From: a virus | Lineage: Duplodnaviria; Caudoviricetes | Virus record (IMG/VR): IMGVR_UViG_3300049210_000044 | Coordinates: 1 to 42,426 of that record | Length of the DNA stretch: 42,426 nt | Reading direction: 5' to 3' (one strand) | Part shown: positions 7,623 to 16,175 of the stretch, piece after piece | Layout of the letters: every line of letters starts with the position of its first letter | Position numbering within the stretch: position 1 is the stretch's first letter | The notes under the pieces: model-generated | What the model was told of the DNA's origin: nothing | Databases searched by the model: none | Seen by the model: only the letters and a program-made list of their open reading frames with translations | Made by a program: the position numbers and the translations under genes

Positions 7623-7685
7623 TCCTTTCTTCAGTTGTGGGAGTGCCCCGGGCGGGAGTCGAACCCGCCCTGCGACCATCGGGGC
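7623..7685 (-). ncRNA. Mini tRNA-like leader element, copy 2, with RBS
   Basis: Minus strand GCCCCG-ATGGTCGCAG-GGCGGGTTCGACTCCCGCC-CGGGGC-ACTCCCACAACTGAAGAAAGGA; canonical T-arm GCGGG-TTCGACT-CCCGC. Confidence 0.7.
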
Positions 7686-7691
7686 TGTGTT

Positions 7692-7835
7692 TCAGGAGGA
7701 GAGCAGACCGTCCAGGTAGGCGTTCATCCGCTTCTCAGCGGCCAGGGCCTGGCGACCGGTGCCGGTGTTGCAGGCCTTGGTGTAAGCCGCGCACAGCTTG
7801 TGGAGCTGGTTCTTCTGGGCGGGGGTGAGATTCAT
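7692..7835 (-). CDS. Hypothetical protein (47 aa)
   Basis: RBS GAAGGA; first gene after a conserved promoter; MNLTPAQKNQLH... Confidence 0.65.
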   Translation of the reverse strand: MNLTPAQKNQLHKLCAAYTKACNTGTGRQALAAEKRMNAYLDGLLSS

Positions 7836-7846
7836 TTCGTTTCCTT

Positions 7847-7908
7847 CCGACCGGGCTTTGGTGTCTTGAGTAAAGCAAGCCGGACCCATCACTGTCAACC
7901 GTTGCCAA
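7847..7908 (-). promoter_or_regulatory. Conserved phage promoter, copy 1
   Basis: TTGGCA-ACGG-TTGACA...TTGCTTTACTCAAGACA-CCAAAGCCCGGTCGG. Confidence 0.8.
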
Positions 7909-9550
7909 CGAAGCGATCAAAGAGGCGGCCCCCCATCGCCACACCGATGGCTGCTGACAGCTCGCCCTTGGTCATCGCGTCGGCCCCCTGGATCCCCAGG
8001 CGCTCGGCGAACAAGATCTGCTTGTCAGAGGCTTTCTGCTTGCGCCATGACGCGCTGCGGGCCACGGAGAAGTCGGTGTGGTCCTCCGAGACGGCCTCGC
8101 CCCAAGCCATGGCCGTACCGACATCCAGGGCCGTGTAAGCGGTCCTCTGCCACCTCTGCCCCTCCTCGGCCACGCAGACGTCCCACAAGCCGTTCTGGTC
8201 CGGCGTGGGCCACAGGAACACCCTCGCCTTTCCACAGTCGATGAACATGACCCCGGCGGGGGTGCGCAGCCACGCGACCGAGGAGGCACCAAAGGTGTCC
8301 ACGTCGCGCATCTTCAGGTCGAAAGCGAGGGAGCCGCCCTTCAGGACCTGCTTCTGCCTCTGCTCGTCCTGCTCCGCCTCACGAACCACAGCCTCGGCCA
8401 GGGACTCGTCAGTCTCGATCGAGTGGACCGCCCCCGGCTCCAGATCGATCAGGGTCCGGAGCTTGTTGGAGGACGCGCCCACCAGGTCGAGTACCAACGC
8501 CTCTTTCTTGCCCGGCCACGGCCGCAGCACCCGCCCCACCATCTGGGTGTACAGCGGCGCCGACTGAGTGGGGCGTGCGATCACGGCGACCTCGGCCTGA
8601 GGCATGTCAAAGCCCTCGGTGAGGACCATGCAGTTGACCAGGACTTGGCACTTGCCTGTGCGGAAAGCTTCGTAGGTCTTCTGTCGGTGTTCCCGATCGG
8701 TCTCCCCGTCGACAACCCCGGACATGATCCCTGCTTCACGAAGAGCCCATGCGGCCGCGTGCGCTGTCTCCACGGTGGGCGTGAACACGATGCCCTGCCG
8801 GTCTCCTGCGTGCTCCTTGTAGGCCCGTGCAATGGCTGTGTCGGCCTCGGACTCCATGAGGGCCCGACCGAGGTCTCCAGCCTGCCAGTCCTTCATGGAC
8901 GTCTTCACCGCGCCCAGGTCGAAGCCTTTCAGATCGATCTGCTTGGTGCGGACGTCGGTCAGGTAGCCCTTAGAGATCATCCAGAGAATCGACCTCTTGT
9001 AGACCACGTCCTCCCAGACAGCCCCCAGTCCCACCTTGTCGCCCCGCGCCATCGTCGCTGTGACACCGAGCTGGAGCGCATCGGGGAACGCGGCGTAGAT
9101 CTTCTTGTACGACGCAGCTGCGGCGTGGTGGCATTCGTCCGTGATGATGAGGCCGATCGGGCCCACATCTTGCGCCCAATCCTTCATCTCCCGGAGTGCT
9201 TTGTCTCTGCTCAGAGTCTGCACGGAGCAGACCATCACATCGGCAGCTGTCTGCCGATCCTGCGCCTTGACCTTGCCCACGTTCAGCTCCGGTGCGATGG
9301 CCCGGATCTTGGCCATGGCCTGGTCAACCAGTTCGTCCCGGTGGGCGAGGATGATGACGCGCAGGCCCTTGTGCTGGAGCGGCGCATCGTAGTGACGCTC
9401 TCGGAACTCCTTGACCAGCGAGGCGAACACCACGGTCTTGCCCGCCCCGGTGGGGAGCACGATGGCCGGTCGGGTCAAGCCTTCGGACCAGGACTTGAAA
9501 ACCGCATCGATCGCTTCGCGCTGATAGCCGCGCAGCTTGATCTCAGTCAT
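7895..9550 (-). CDS. SF2 DEAD/DEAH-box helicase
   Basis: LRGYQ, LPTGAGKT, DECHH, TAT, LTEGFD, QMVGR motifs. Confidence 0.95.
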   Translation of the reverse strand: MTEIKLRGYQREAIDAVFKSWSEGLTRPAIVLPTGAGKTVVFASLVKEFRERHYDAPLQHKGLRVIILAHRDELVDQAMAKIRAIAPELNVGKVKAQDRQTAADVMVCSVQTLSRDKALREMKDWAQDVGPIGLIITDECHHAAAASYKKIYAAFPDALQLGVTATMARGDKVGLGAVWEDVVYKRSILWMISKGYLTDVRTKQIDLKGFDLGAVKTSMKDWQAGDLGRALMESEADTAIARAYKEHAGDRQGIVFTPTVETAHAAAWALREAGIMSGVVDGETDREHRQKTYEAFRTGKCQVLVNCMVLTEGFDMPQAEVAVIARPTQSAPLYTQMVGRVLRPWPGKKEALVLDLVGASSNKLRTLIDLEPGAVHSIETDESLAEAVVREAEQDEQRQKQVLKGGSLAFDLKMRDVDTFGASSVAWLRTPAGVMFIDCGKARVFLWPTPDQNGLWDVCVAEEGQRWQRTAYTALDVGTAMAWGEAVSEDHTDFSVARSASWRKQKASDKQILFAERLGIQGADAMTKGELSAAIGVAMGGRLFDRFVGNG

Positions 9551-9726
9551 CGCCGTACCTCCCACGGTTCGCCCTCGCACGGCGGTTCTGCGAGGTAGAC
9601 GTCACCCCCACCCACTGCGAGGTGATAGCTGCCGTCCCAACCGGGCATGATCTGTACGGCGTGCCCGGCCGCCTCGATCTCGTTCAGCAGCGCGCACAAC
9701 CGGCCTGCTGCTTCAAGCTCAGTCAT
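9547..9726 (-). CDS. Hypothetical protein (59 aa, not in ORF track)
   Basis: MTELEAAGRLCALLNEIEAAGH...WEVRR; ATGA-coupled to the helicase. Confidence 0.7.
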   Translation of the reverse strand: MTELEAAGRLCALLNEIEAAGHAVQIMPGWDGSYHLAVGGGDVYLAEPPCEGEPWEVRR

Positions 9727-9946
9727 CGCCCATCACCCTGATTTCCTGTCGGCACCAGCCGCTGTCGCAGACCGGGTGGCCCGGGTAGTCGTGCTCGTAG
9801 AGCATGCGGGCCGCGTCCTCTACGCCGTCCCGCAGGGCGGGGCGGGAGTGGACCGTCTCGGAGGCGGTGCGCTGTACGTAGGGGGTGCCGTGTTCGCCGG
9901 TGAGCGGGTCGCCCAGCATGAAGAACACCCAGATACTGACGATCAT
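9719..9946 (-). CDS. Hypothetical protein
   Basis: ATGA-coupled in the operon. Confidence 0.6.
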   Translation of the reverse strand: MIVSIWVFFMLGDPLTGEHGTPYVQRTASETVHSRPALRDGVEDAARMLYEHDYPGHPVCDSGWCRQEIRVMGDD

Positions 9947-10119
9947 GACTTCCTGCCTTTCGGTTTGGCGGGCTTGGGAACCGGCTTCGTGCGGGGCTTG
10001 CTGCGGTCAATGTCCACGCTGATGCCACTGGGCTCCTGCGGCGGAACGTCGGGCCCGCAGGCAGCAGCCAGAGCCAGAGCGAGGACAATGACCAGTAGGG
10101 CTACGATCAGGTACTTCAC
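9943..10119 (-). CDS. Small putative lipoprotein
   Basis: MKYLIVALLVIVLALALAAA-CG signal peptide with lipobox-like Cys; Lys/Pro-rich tail. Confidence 0.65.
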   Translation of the reverse strand: MKYLIVALLVIVLALALAAACGPDVPPQEPSGISVDIDRSKPRTKPVPKPAKPKGRKS

Positions 10120-10310
10120 GCTCGGTTCCTTCGGTCTCGTTCCCGGTACTCCTTGGTGCGTGCTGCCAGCTCCCACCGCTCCCGGTCGTAGGAGCGGCGC
10201 CACTCACAGCACTCCTCGCACCGGCACCGATAGTGGTTGTAGGCCCGAGCCCTGTGGATCGGCCGAGGCCGGATCCACAGGGTGGGGCACCCTGCCGGAG
10301 GCGTGGTCAC
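10116..10310 (-). CDS. Small Zn-binding protein
   Basis: H...AYNHYRCRCEEC motif. Confidence 0.65.
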   Translation of the reverse strand: MTTPPAGCPTLWIRPRPIHRARAYNHYRCRCEECCEWRRSYDRERWELAARTKEYRERDRRNRA

Positions 10311-11383
10311 TCGGGGATCGTCTGGTAGGCCCGGGTCCGGAGCTCCTGGGCGAGATCTTCCAGCACGTGGTTGATGTGCTCTTCCACGTCGCCGTTCGGG
10401 TTAGCGATCAGTCCCTCTTGCAGGAGCCGTGCGGCGCCCTTGTAGGCGATGTGCCGTCCGTAGACCATGACTGCCTCGGCGGAGTTCTTGACCTTGAGCT
10501 TGGCCACAACCACCCGCATGTCTTCCGCGACCGCCGTACGGGACAGGGAGAGCCCCTCCCCGATCTCCGCGTGCTGATGACCCCTAGCGACCTGAGACAG
10601 GATGTACTTCTGGCGGGGCGTAAGCGGGCCGGTAGTGACGCGCTTGTCGAGCGTCGGCATGGTGTTCCCTCTCTGGTTGTAGATCTCGGTGCACCCGAAG
10701 CACTTCCGGGTGAGCTTGTTGGCCACCAACTTGCTGTCCGACTCCCGGTCGGTCAGCCTGACCGAGGACACGGGGCGTTCGCACAGAGCCTTGCCGTGGC
10801 GGACGATGTGCAAGTCCCAGCCCTTGGTGGCCACAGCCCAGACGCGGGGCTCGGGGGTGTTGTTCTCCTGGACCTCAGCCAGCGTCCAGCGGTAGGACTG
10901 CGCAGCGTCTACGTGCACGGTTTCGCCACTGTCGCTGGTACCGGTGACGCGCATCCCGGACTCGGTCACGTTCGCACCTACGGAGTGAAAGCCCAGGTGC
11001 ACCTTCAATTCCTGGGGTACCTCCTTGACCGTGAAGCACTCCATGTCGTAGGGGTGCCACACGCGGTTGCCCGGGCGCAGGTCCTCCGTAAGGACCTGAA
11101 CGGGGGTGGTGGCGTTGATCTCCAGAGCCTCGGCGTGGGCCGCCTCGAACCGCTCCGCTTCCCATTCGCTCTGCCGGATGTTGTGAGCGAAACGGGCCTC
11201 GCAGTTCTCGCAGGTCGTGAGGCCGAAGCTCCGGCGCTTCTCCAGAGCGACCGCGTCACGGGAGCGGAGCTCGCCCACCGTGTGACGGATGTTGGTGCGG
11301 CAGAGCGCGGTGCCGTCCTCGTTGAAGGCGTGGATGATGGTTCCGGTCCTGGTAGTGGCCCAGATCTTCGATTCGTCGTCCAT
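10307..11383 (-). CDS. Multidomain regulator: two H..ALC..CxxC modules plus C-terminal LuxR-type HTH
   Basis: LTPRQKYILSQVARGHQHAEIGEGLSLSRTAV...VVAKLKVKN; N-terminal IIHAF..ALC..CENC and LHIV..ALC..CFGC. Confidence 0.8.
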   Translation of the reverse strand: MDDESKIWATTRTGTIIHAFNEDGTALCRTNIRHTVGELRSRDAVALEKRRSFGLTTCENCEARFAHNIRQSEWEAERFEAAHAEALEINATTPVQVLTEDLRPGNRVWHPYDMECFTVKEVPQELKVHLGFHSVGANVTESGMRVTGTSDSGETVHVDAAQSYRWTLAEVQENNTPEPRVWAVATKGWDLHIVRHGKALCERPVSSVRLTDRESDSKLVANKLTRKCFGCTEIYNQRGNTMPTLDKRVTTGPLTPRQKYILSQVARGHQHAEIGEGLSLSRTAVAEDMRVVVAKLKVKNSAEAVMVYGRHIAYKGAARLLQEGLIANPNGDVEEHINHVLEDLAQELRTRAYQTIPE

Positions 11384-11405
11384 TGCTGCTCCCTCTATCC
11401 GAGGC

Positions 11406-11466
11406 CCGACCGGCCTTTAGTGTCTTGAGTAAAGCAAGAACACCCGCACGTGTCAACCCTTGTCAG
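11406..11466 (-). promoter_or_regulatory. Conserved phage promoter, copy 2
   Basis: CTGACA-AGGG-TTGACA...TTGCTTTACTCAAGACA-CTAAAGGCCGGTCGGG. Confidence 0.8.
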
Positions 11467-11485
11467 AGAGCCTATGCTGACCAGC

Positions 11486-11695
11486 ATGGATACCGAAAAC
11501 ACACGCGTCACGCGCGCGCAGGCAGCTGAGCTCGCAGGGGTCTCGCAGCGCACGATCAACCGGTGGAGCGCCGATGGACTGTTGCGCGTCAGGTACGACC
11601 CCAAGTTCCGGCGGCCCGCCGAGTACGACCGTGAGGAGGTACTGCGGGTAGCTGCCCGGATGAAGGGGATCCGGGACTTGTCGCTGCCCGAGTGA
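11486..11695 (+). CDS. Excisionase/MerR-like HTH DNA-binding protein
   Basis: VTRAQAAELAGVSQRTINRWSADGLL; TATGCT 7 nt before the ATG suggests a leaderless transcript. Confidence 0.85.
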   Translation: MDTENTRVTRAQAAELAGVSQRTINRWSADGLLRVRYDPKFRRPAEYDREEVLRVAARMKGIRDLSLPE

Positions 11696-11708
11696 CTGTA
11701 TTACAGTC
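11678..11708 (+). promoter_or_regulatory. Sigma70/HrdB-type promoter with palindromic operator
   Basis: TTGTCG-N18-TACAGT with ATG 7 nt downstream; palindrome GACTGTA-T-TACAGTC (11694-11708) overlaps the -10. Confidence 0.65.
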
Positions 11709-11714
11709 CCCGCC

Positions 11715-11885
11715 ATGCACTCACTGAACCAGGGCGAAAGCCCGGTCCTCACGGTGCGCGTACCGCAAGACCTCATGGAAGACCTTGACCGGGAGTGCCG
11801 TTCGTTCGGCATGTCCCGGTCCGCAGTCATCCGTCAGATCTTGCGATCCGCTCTGGATCGCGCCCAGTTGGAGGACGCTAAATGA
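11715..11885 (+). CDS. CopG-like ribbon-helix-helix repressor (56 aa, not in ORF track)
   Basis: MHSLNQGESPVLTVRVPQDLMEDLDRECRSFGMSRSAVIRQILRSAL...; ATGA-coupled to the replicase. Confidence 0.85.
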   Translation: MHSLNQGESPVLTVRVPQDLMEDLDRECRSFGMSRSAVIRQILRSALDRAQLEDAK

Positions 11886-14800
11886 CGCTTTCGCACGACC
11901 ACAGGGACTACCTACTAGCTCACGCCATCACGGCCGAGACGATCGAAGAACAGGGCATCCACTCCGAGGGCGACGAGATCTTCTTCCCTTGGCGGGACGG
12001 AGATCTCCTGACGGAGCAGCGCCGTCCGTGGCCGGGAGAGTCGGGCCTCTACTTCTGGGAAACCGACAAGGACCTCCACTTCTGGCTCCTGCGTGACGCG
12101 GGGGTCACATCCCCGATCCTCCTGGTGGAGGGAACCAAGCAGGCTCTGGCCGCTACCTCCTACGCTCCCTCCAACTACACGGTCATGGGAATGCCGGGTT
12201 GCTGGGGTTGGTCAAAGACCAAGCTCGCGCGCTTCAAGGGACGTGAGGTCTTCCTCTGTCTCGATGCGGACGCGGCCAGCAACCTGGACGTGTATGAAGC
12301 GGGGGACAAGCTCGGGGAGAAACTGAAGCGGTACGGGGTCAGCCTCCGGTACCTGCGCATCCCCGGGTCGGGATCCCAGGGGCTGGACGACTACTTGGCC
12401 TCGCTGGATGAGGAGGAGCGGGCCGAGGTTCTGGCGTACGAAATCGCCAACGCTCAGAACAAGCCCGCTGAGCGGCGCCCCACAACCCGCAAGCGCAAGA
12501 TGGAGTCGGATCTCCCCGAGGTGGGCGACCGCGTGCCGGTAGCCATCAACCTGGACCGCAAGATGGTGATCGATAAGATCACAGACGCGTTGAAGGACAA
12601 GCACGACGGGCGAGACCTGTTCAACTACGGCGAAGTTCTGACCCGGGTGAAGGGGCACGAGACACAGCCGCTGGACCGGGACCGCTTCTACTCGATGCTG
12701 GCCGACGCGGTCGCCTGCTTCCGCTATACCGAGGCCACTGACAAGCGGCCCGCCATCTTCGAACCCGCGTGGCCGGACCCCCCGTCCATCGGAGCGGTGA
12801 TGAGCAAGGCGGAGGAGTTCTCCACTCTCTCCCGTGTCGTGCGGGTGCCGTTCCTGCGGCCGGACGGATCGATCTGTACCACCCCGGGTTACGACCGGGA
12901 GACCCACACCGTGCTGGTGGGCTCGGGCCTCGGTGACCTGACCGTGCCGGAAGAGCCCACCCAGGAACAGACACGTCTCGCGGCCAAGTACCTGATGTCC
13001 GAGTGGCTCGGAGACCTGCCGTTCAAGACCGAGGCCGACCGGGCCAACGCGTTGGCCCTGGCCCTGACCCCGTTCATGCGGGGCCTGGTGCCCCTGGTAC
13101 CTCTGGCGGTCGTCAGCGGTCTCCAGATGGGCGTGGGCAAGAACCTCCTGGCCGACTGCCTCCACATCCTGTGCACGGGCGACGCGGCGATGCCGCTGCC
13201 GTACGTCAACAGCGAGGAGGAGATGCGGAAGCAACTCACCGCCGCGTTCGCGGGCGGGGCCGAGATGTTCGTCTTCGATGAGGCACACGTGGTGGAGGGA
13301 GCCCAGCTGGCCCGCGCCGTTACCTCCCTGACGTACGGAGACCGGGTCCTGGGCGTGAGCCGGATCGCAAAGTTCCCCAACCAGGTGACCTGGGTGAGCC
13401 TCGGTAATCAGGTCCAGGTCAATGGAGACATGTCCCGGAGGGTCTACTTCATTTACCTCCATCCCTCCGGCATGAACGTCATCGACCGTGAGGCCAAGGA
13501 GTTCCGGCACCCGGACCTGAAGTCCTGGACCAGCGAGAACCGCACCGACCTCGTGAGCGCCGCTCTGACAGTGCTGCGGGGATGGGTAGCTGCCGACCGC
13601 CCCGGCTTCTCCCGTGGCGCCTGCATGGGCTCCTTCGAACCCTGGGACCGCATGATGTCCGGCGTCCTCGCCTACGCGGGATACGGCGCCTTCCTGACGG
13701 ACATGAAGGAGCGCAGGTCAGAGAGCGATTTCACCCACTCCTACTGGGAGTCGCACGTGCACTGGCTTCACAGCCTGTTCAAGGGCGACGACTTCACCAC
13801 GCGCCAGGTACAGGAGGCGGCTCTGAGAGACCCGCAGGGCTATGAGGCCCCGCCGGGGATGGAGGACGCGAGTGGGAAGGCGTTCACCCGCCAGCTCGGT
13901 CAGGGGTACTCAAAGCATCGCGATCGTAACTACAACGGCGTGAGGTTGGTGAAAGCGGGCATGGGTCACAAGTCCACCATTAAGTGGCGAACCGTCTCTG
14001 AAAATGGAGGTATGGAGGGAGGTGGAGGTAACGCTACTACCCCCCCTGTTACGGGAGAACGTGTCGTAGATACGTATGGAGCACGCATGCGTGTAGAGGA
14101 GGAGGGGGGTAGCTATACCTCCACTCACCTCCTTACCTCCAAAGGCTCAGCCGCTGCTGAGCGAAACCTCGTCGCCCTGGGCTTCGACCTTGAGACCGCC
14201 GACGCGGACCAGCTCTTCACCGGTGGGCACGAGGGTCCGTTCGTCCGGCTGGTCGGTGGGATCTCCGAGGTGGGTGGCTCGGTCATCGCCTCAGAACCCT
14301 CAGCTCTGGTGGATGACCTCAACCGGGCCGACGTCATCTACGGCCACAACATCCTGGGCTTCGATCTCCTGGCCCTCGCCCACCACCACGGCGCCGACTA
14401 CGACGCACTCGCGGCCAAGGCCGTAGACACCCTCGCCCTCGCCCGGCTTATCGATCCGCCCCGCAGCAAGGGCATGCCGAACGGCTACTACGGACTGGAT
14501 CAGGTGGCGCAGCGGTTGGGCCACCAGGGCAAGACCGACGACCTGAAGGGTCTGGCCAAGCGCCACGGGGGTTACGACAAGATCCCCGTGGACTCCCGGG
14601 ACTACCAGGAGTACCTGAAGGGCGACCTGGCCGCGACCAAGGCCGTGTACGGGGGTCTGAGGATGCTGCGCATGGGCGACGAGGGATCCAGCCCCTCCAA
14701 CGCAACGATCGCCTACGCCGAACGTGAGATGAAGATCGTTGCGCTCCAGAACCGCATGACCCTCAACGGGTGGGCTGTGGACACCGAGCTCCTCGCAGCC

Positions 14801-16090
14801 CGCGTGGAGGGGGAGGACGCGCAGCGGGCGGCGGCCGTGCGGGAACTGCACGAGCGGTACGGGGTGCCCCTGGCCCGTCCGGACCGGTTCAAGCTCAAGA
14901 ACAAGGCCGACTGGCCGGTGCTCTGGCAAGGACACACGGCCGCAGAACTGCGTGAGCGCATGGCCGATGATCCGGAGGAGGCTGTGTACGAAGGGTTCGC
15001 AGAGCGGATCCCCGGAGAGGTCTACGCCAGCCCGTGGGCGACCGACGGCGGACGGCAAGCCATCATCAACGCCTTCGTAGCAGCGGGTGCCGACTCCTGG
15101 CCTACGTCGCTCAAGTCGGGCCAGCTGATGCTGTCTGCGGACGCGATGGGGGACAAGAAGTGGTTCGACCCCGACCGCCGTGAGGCTCTGCCCGGGATGC
15201 TTCAGATCCACGGCGACAAGCCGGGCGTGAGGGCCGTTGTGGAGACCTTGAGTCTGGCGACGGGGGCTCGGTCCAAGTACGCGGAGATCGCTCGTTACGT
15301 GACCTCTCAGGGCCGCGTGCACGGGTGGGTGTCGGATGCTCAGGGATCCGGGCGCTGGGGCACGAGCAAGCCCGCCCTGGCCAACATGGGCAAGCGAGGA
15401 GCTGCGGGCCAGGAGCGGGCGGTGATGGTGGCCGACCCGGGTCATGTCCTGCTCACCTGCGACCTCTCCCAGGTTGACCTGAGGGCCATGGCGGCCCTCT
15501 CCCAGGACTCCGCGTACATGGAGCTGCTCCAACCGGGACGAGACGCACACATGGAGATGGCCCTCGTTTACTTCGGCGTGCAGAACGCCGAGACGCGACA
15601 GCAGACCAAAGCGTTCAACCACGCTGGCAACTACGGTCAAGGGCCCGCTGCGGTCTCGGAGCGCACGGGGATCCCCCTGGAGAAGTGCTACGAGATCGCG
15701 GAGGCCAAGCGGACGGCTTACCCCCGGTTGGCGGAGTACATCGAAGAAGTGCGGGCCATGGCTGCGACGGGTCAGTTGCTGGACAACGGGTTCGGCCGCC
15801 TGATGCGACCCGACCCGGAGAGGGCATACACCCAGGGTCCGGCCCTGATGGGTCAGGGAGCCGCCCGGGACATCATGTGCGAATCGCTGCTTCGGCTGGT
15901 GGAGCGGGCGCCGGACGTCCGGCCGCTCCTGCGGGGCGTGGTGCACGACGAGGTCATTCTGTCGGTTCCTGAGGATGAGGTCGCGTCCTGGGCAGCGACT
16001 TTGGAGGCTGCCTTCACGTGGGAGTGGAAGGGTGTGCCCATCCTGTGTGAGGTCAGCAAGCCCTCTTTCCGCTGGTCAGAGTGCAAGTGA
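11882..16090 (+). CDS. Primase (TOPRIM)-helicase-DNA polymerase A fusion
   Basis: TOPRIM LLVEG/CLDAD; Walker A GVGKN and Walker B FVFDE; exo motifs FDLET, GHNILGFD, YLKGD; PolA motifs CDLSQVDLR, RQQTKAFNHAGNYG, VHDE. Confidence 0.92.
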   Translation: MTLSHDHRDYLLAHAITAETIEEQGIHSEGDEIFFPWRDGDLLTEQRRPWPGESGLYFWETDKDLHFWLLRDAGVTSPILLVEGTKQALAATSYAPSNYTVMGMPGCWGWSKTKLARFKGREVFLCLDADAASNLDVYEAGDKLGEKLKRYGVSLRYLRIPGSGSQGLDDYLASLDEEERAEVLAYEIANAQNKPAERRPTTRKRKMESDLPEVGDRVPVAINLDRKMVIDKITDALKDKHDGRDLFNYGEVLTRVKGHETQPLDRDRFYSMLADAVACFRYTEATDKRPAIFEPAWPDPPSIGAVMSKAEEFSTLSRVVRVPFLRPDGSICTTPGYDRETHTVLVGSGLGDLTVPEEPTQEQTRLAAKYLMSEWLGDLPFKTEADRANALALALTPFMRGLVPLVPLAVVSGLQMGVGKNLLADCLHILCTGDAAMPLPYVNSEEEMRKQLTAAFAGGAEMFVFDEAHVVEGAQLARAVTSLTYGDRVLGVSRIAKFPNQVTWVSLGNQVQVNGDMSRRVYFIYLHPSGMNVIDREAKEFRHPDLKSWTSENRTDLVSAALTVLRGWVAADRPGFSRGACMGSFEPWDRMMSGVLAYAGYGAFLTDMKERRSESDFTHSYWESHVHWLHSLFKGDDFTTRQVQEAALRDPQGYEAPPGMEDASGKAFTRQLGQGYSKHRDRNYNGVRLVKAGMGHKSTIKWRTVSENGGMEGGGGNATTPPVTGERVVDTYGARMRVEEEGGSYTSTHLLTSKGSAAAERNLVALGFDLETADADQLFTGGHEGPFVRLVGGISEVGGSVIASEPSALVDDLNRADVIYGHNILGFDLLALAHHHGADYDALAAKAVDTLALARLIDPPRSKGMPNGYYGLDQVAQRLGHQGKTDDLKGLAKRHGGYDKIPVDSRDYQEYLKGDLAATKAVYGGLRMLRMGDEGSSPSNATIAYAEREMKIVALQNRMTLNGWAVDTELLAARVEGEDAQRAAAVRELHERYGVPLARPDRFKLKNKADWPVLWQGHTAAELRERMADDPEEAVYEGFAERIPGEVYASPWATDGGRQAIINAFVAAGADSWPTSLKSGQLMLSADAMGDKKWFDPDRREALPGMLQIHGDKPGVRAVVETLSLATGARSKYAEIARYVTSQGRVHGWVSDAQGSGRWGTSKPALANMGKRGAAGQERAVMVADPGHVLLTCDLSQVDLRAMAALSQDSAYMELLQPGRDAHMEMALVYFGVQNAETRQQTKAFNHAGNYGQGPAAVSERTGIPLEKCYEIAEAKRTAYPRLAEYIEEVRAMAATGQLLDNGFGRLMRPDPERAYTQGPALMGQGAARDIMCESLLRLVERAPDVRPLLRGVVHDEVILSVPEDEVASWAATLEAAFTWEWKGVPILCEVSKPSFRWSECK
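14004..14144. repeat. Inverted-repeat iteron element A (origin-like), inside the replicase gene
   Basis: Arms TGGAGGTATGGAGGGAGGTGGAGGTAACGCTAC and GTAGCTATACCTCCACTCACCTCCTTACCTCCA; 37 nt identical (reverse complement) to 36514-36550. Confidence 0.85.
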
Positions 16091-16152
16091 CTGGCAGGGG
16101 TTGACACAAGCGGGTCGGGTTGCTTTACTCAAGACATCAAGGGCCGGTCGGG
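16091..16152 (+). promoter_or_regulatory. Conserved phage promoter, copy 3
   Basis: CTGGCA-GGGG-TTGACA...TTGCTTTACTCAAGACA-TCAAGGGCCGGTCGGG. Confidence 0.8.
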
Positions 16153-16175
16153 CCCAAGAGACAAGGGAGCCAGAG

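Noticed and set aside
6621-7685. attP sites derived from a tRNA 3' half
   Set aside because: No integrase in the genome, and the copies have self-closing stems with compensatory change plus a conserved RBS, which favours an RNA role.
8078-11428. Long plus-strand ORFs (8078-9598, 9647-11428)
   Set aside because: Antisense shadows of well-supported minus-strand genes, typical of high-GC3 DNA; no motifs.
13990-14150. Intein or intron in the replicase
   Set aside because: No C/S...HN splice motifs or endonuclease domain; the segment is explained by the iteron element.
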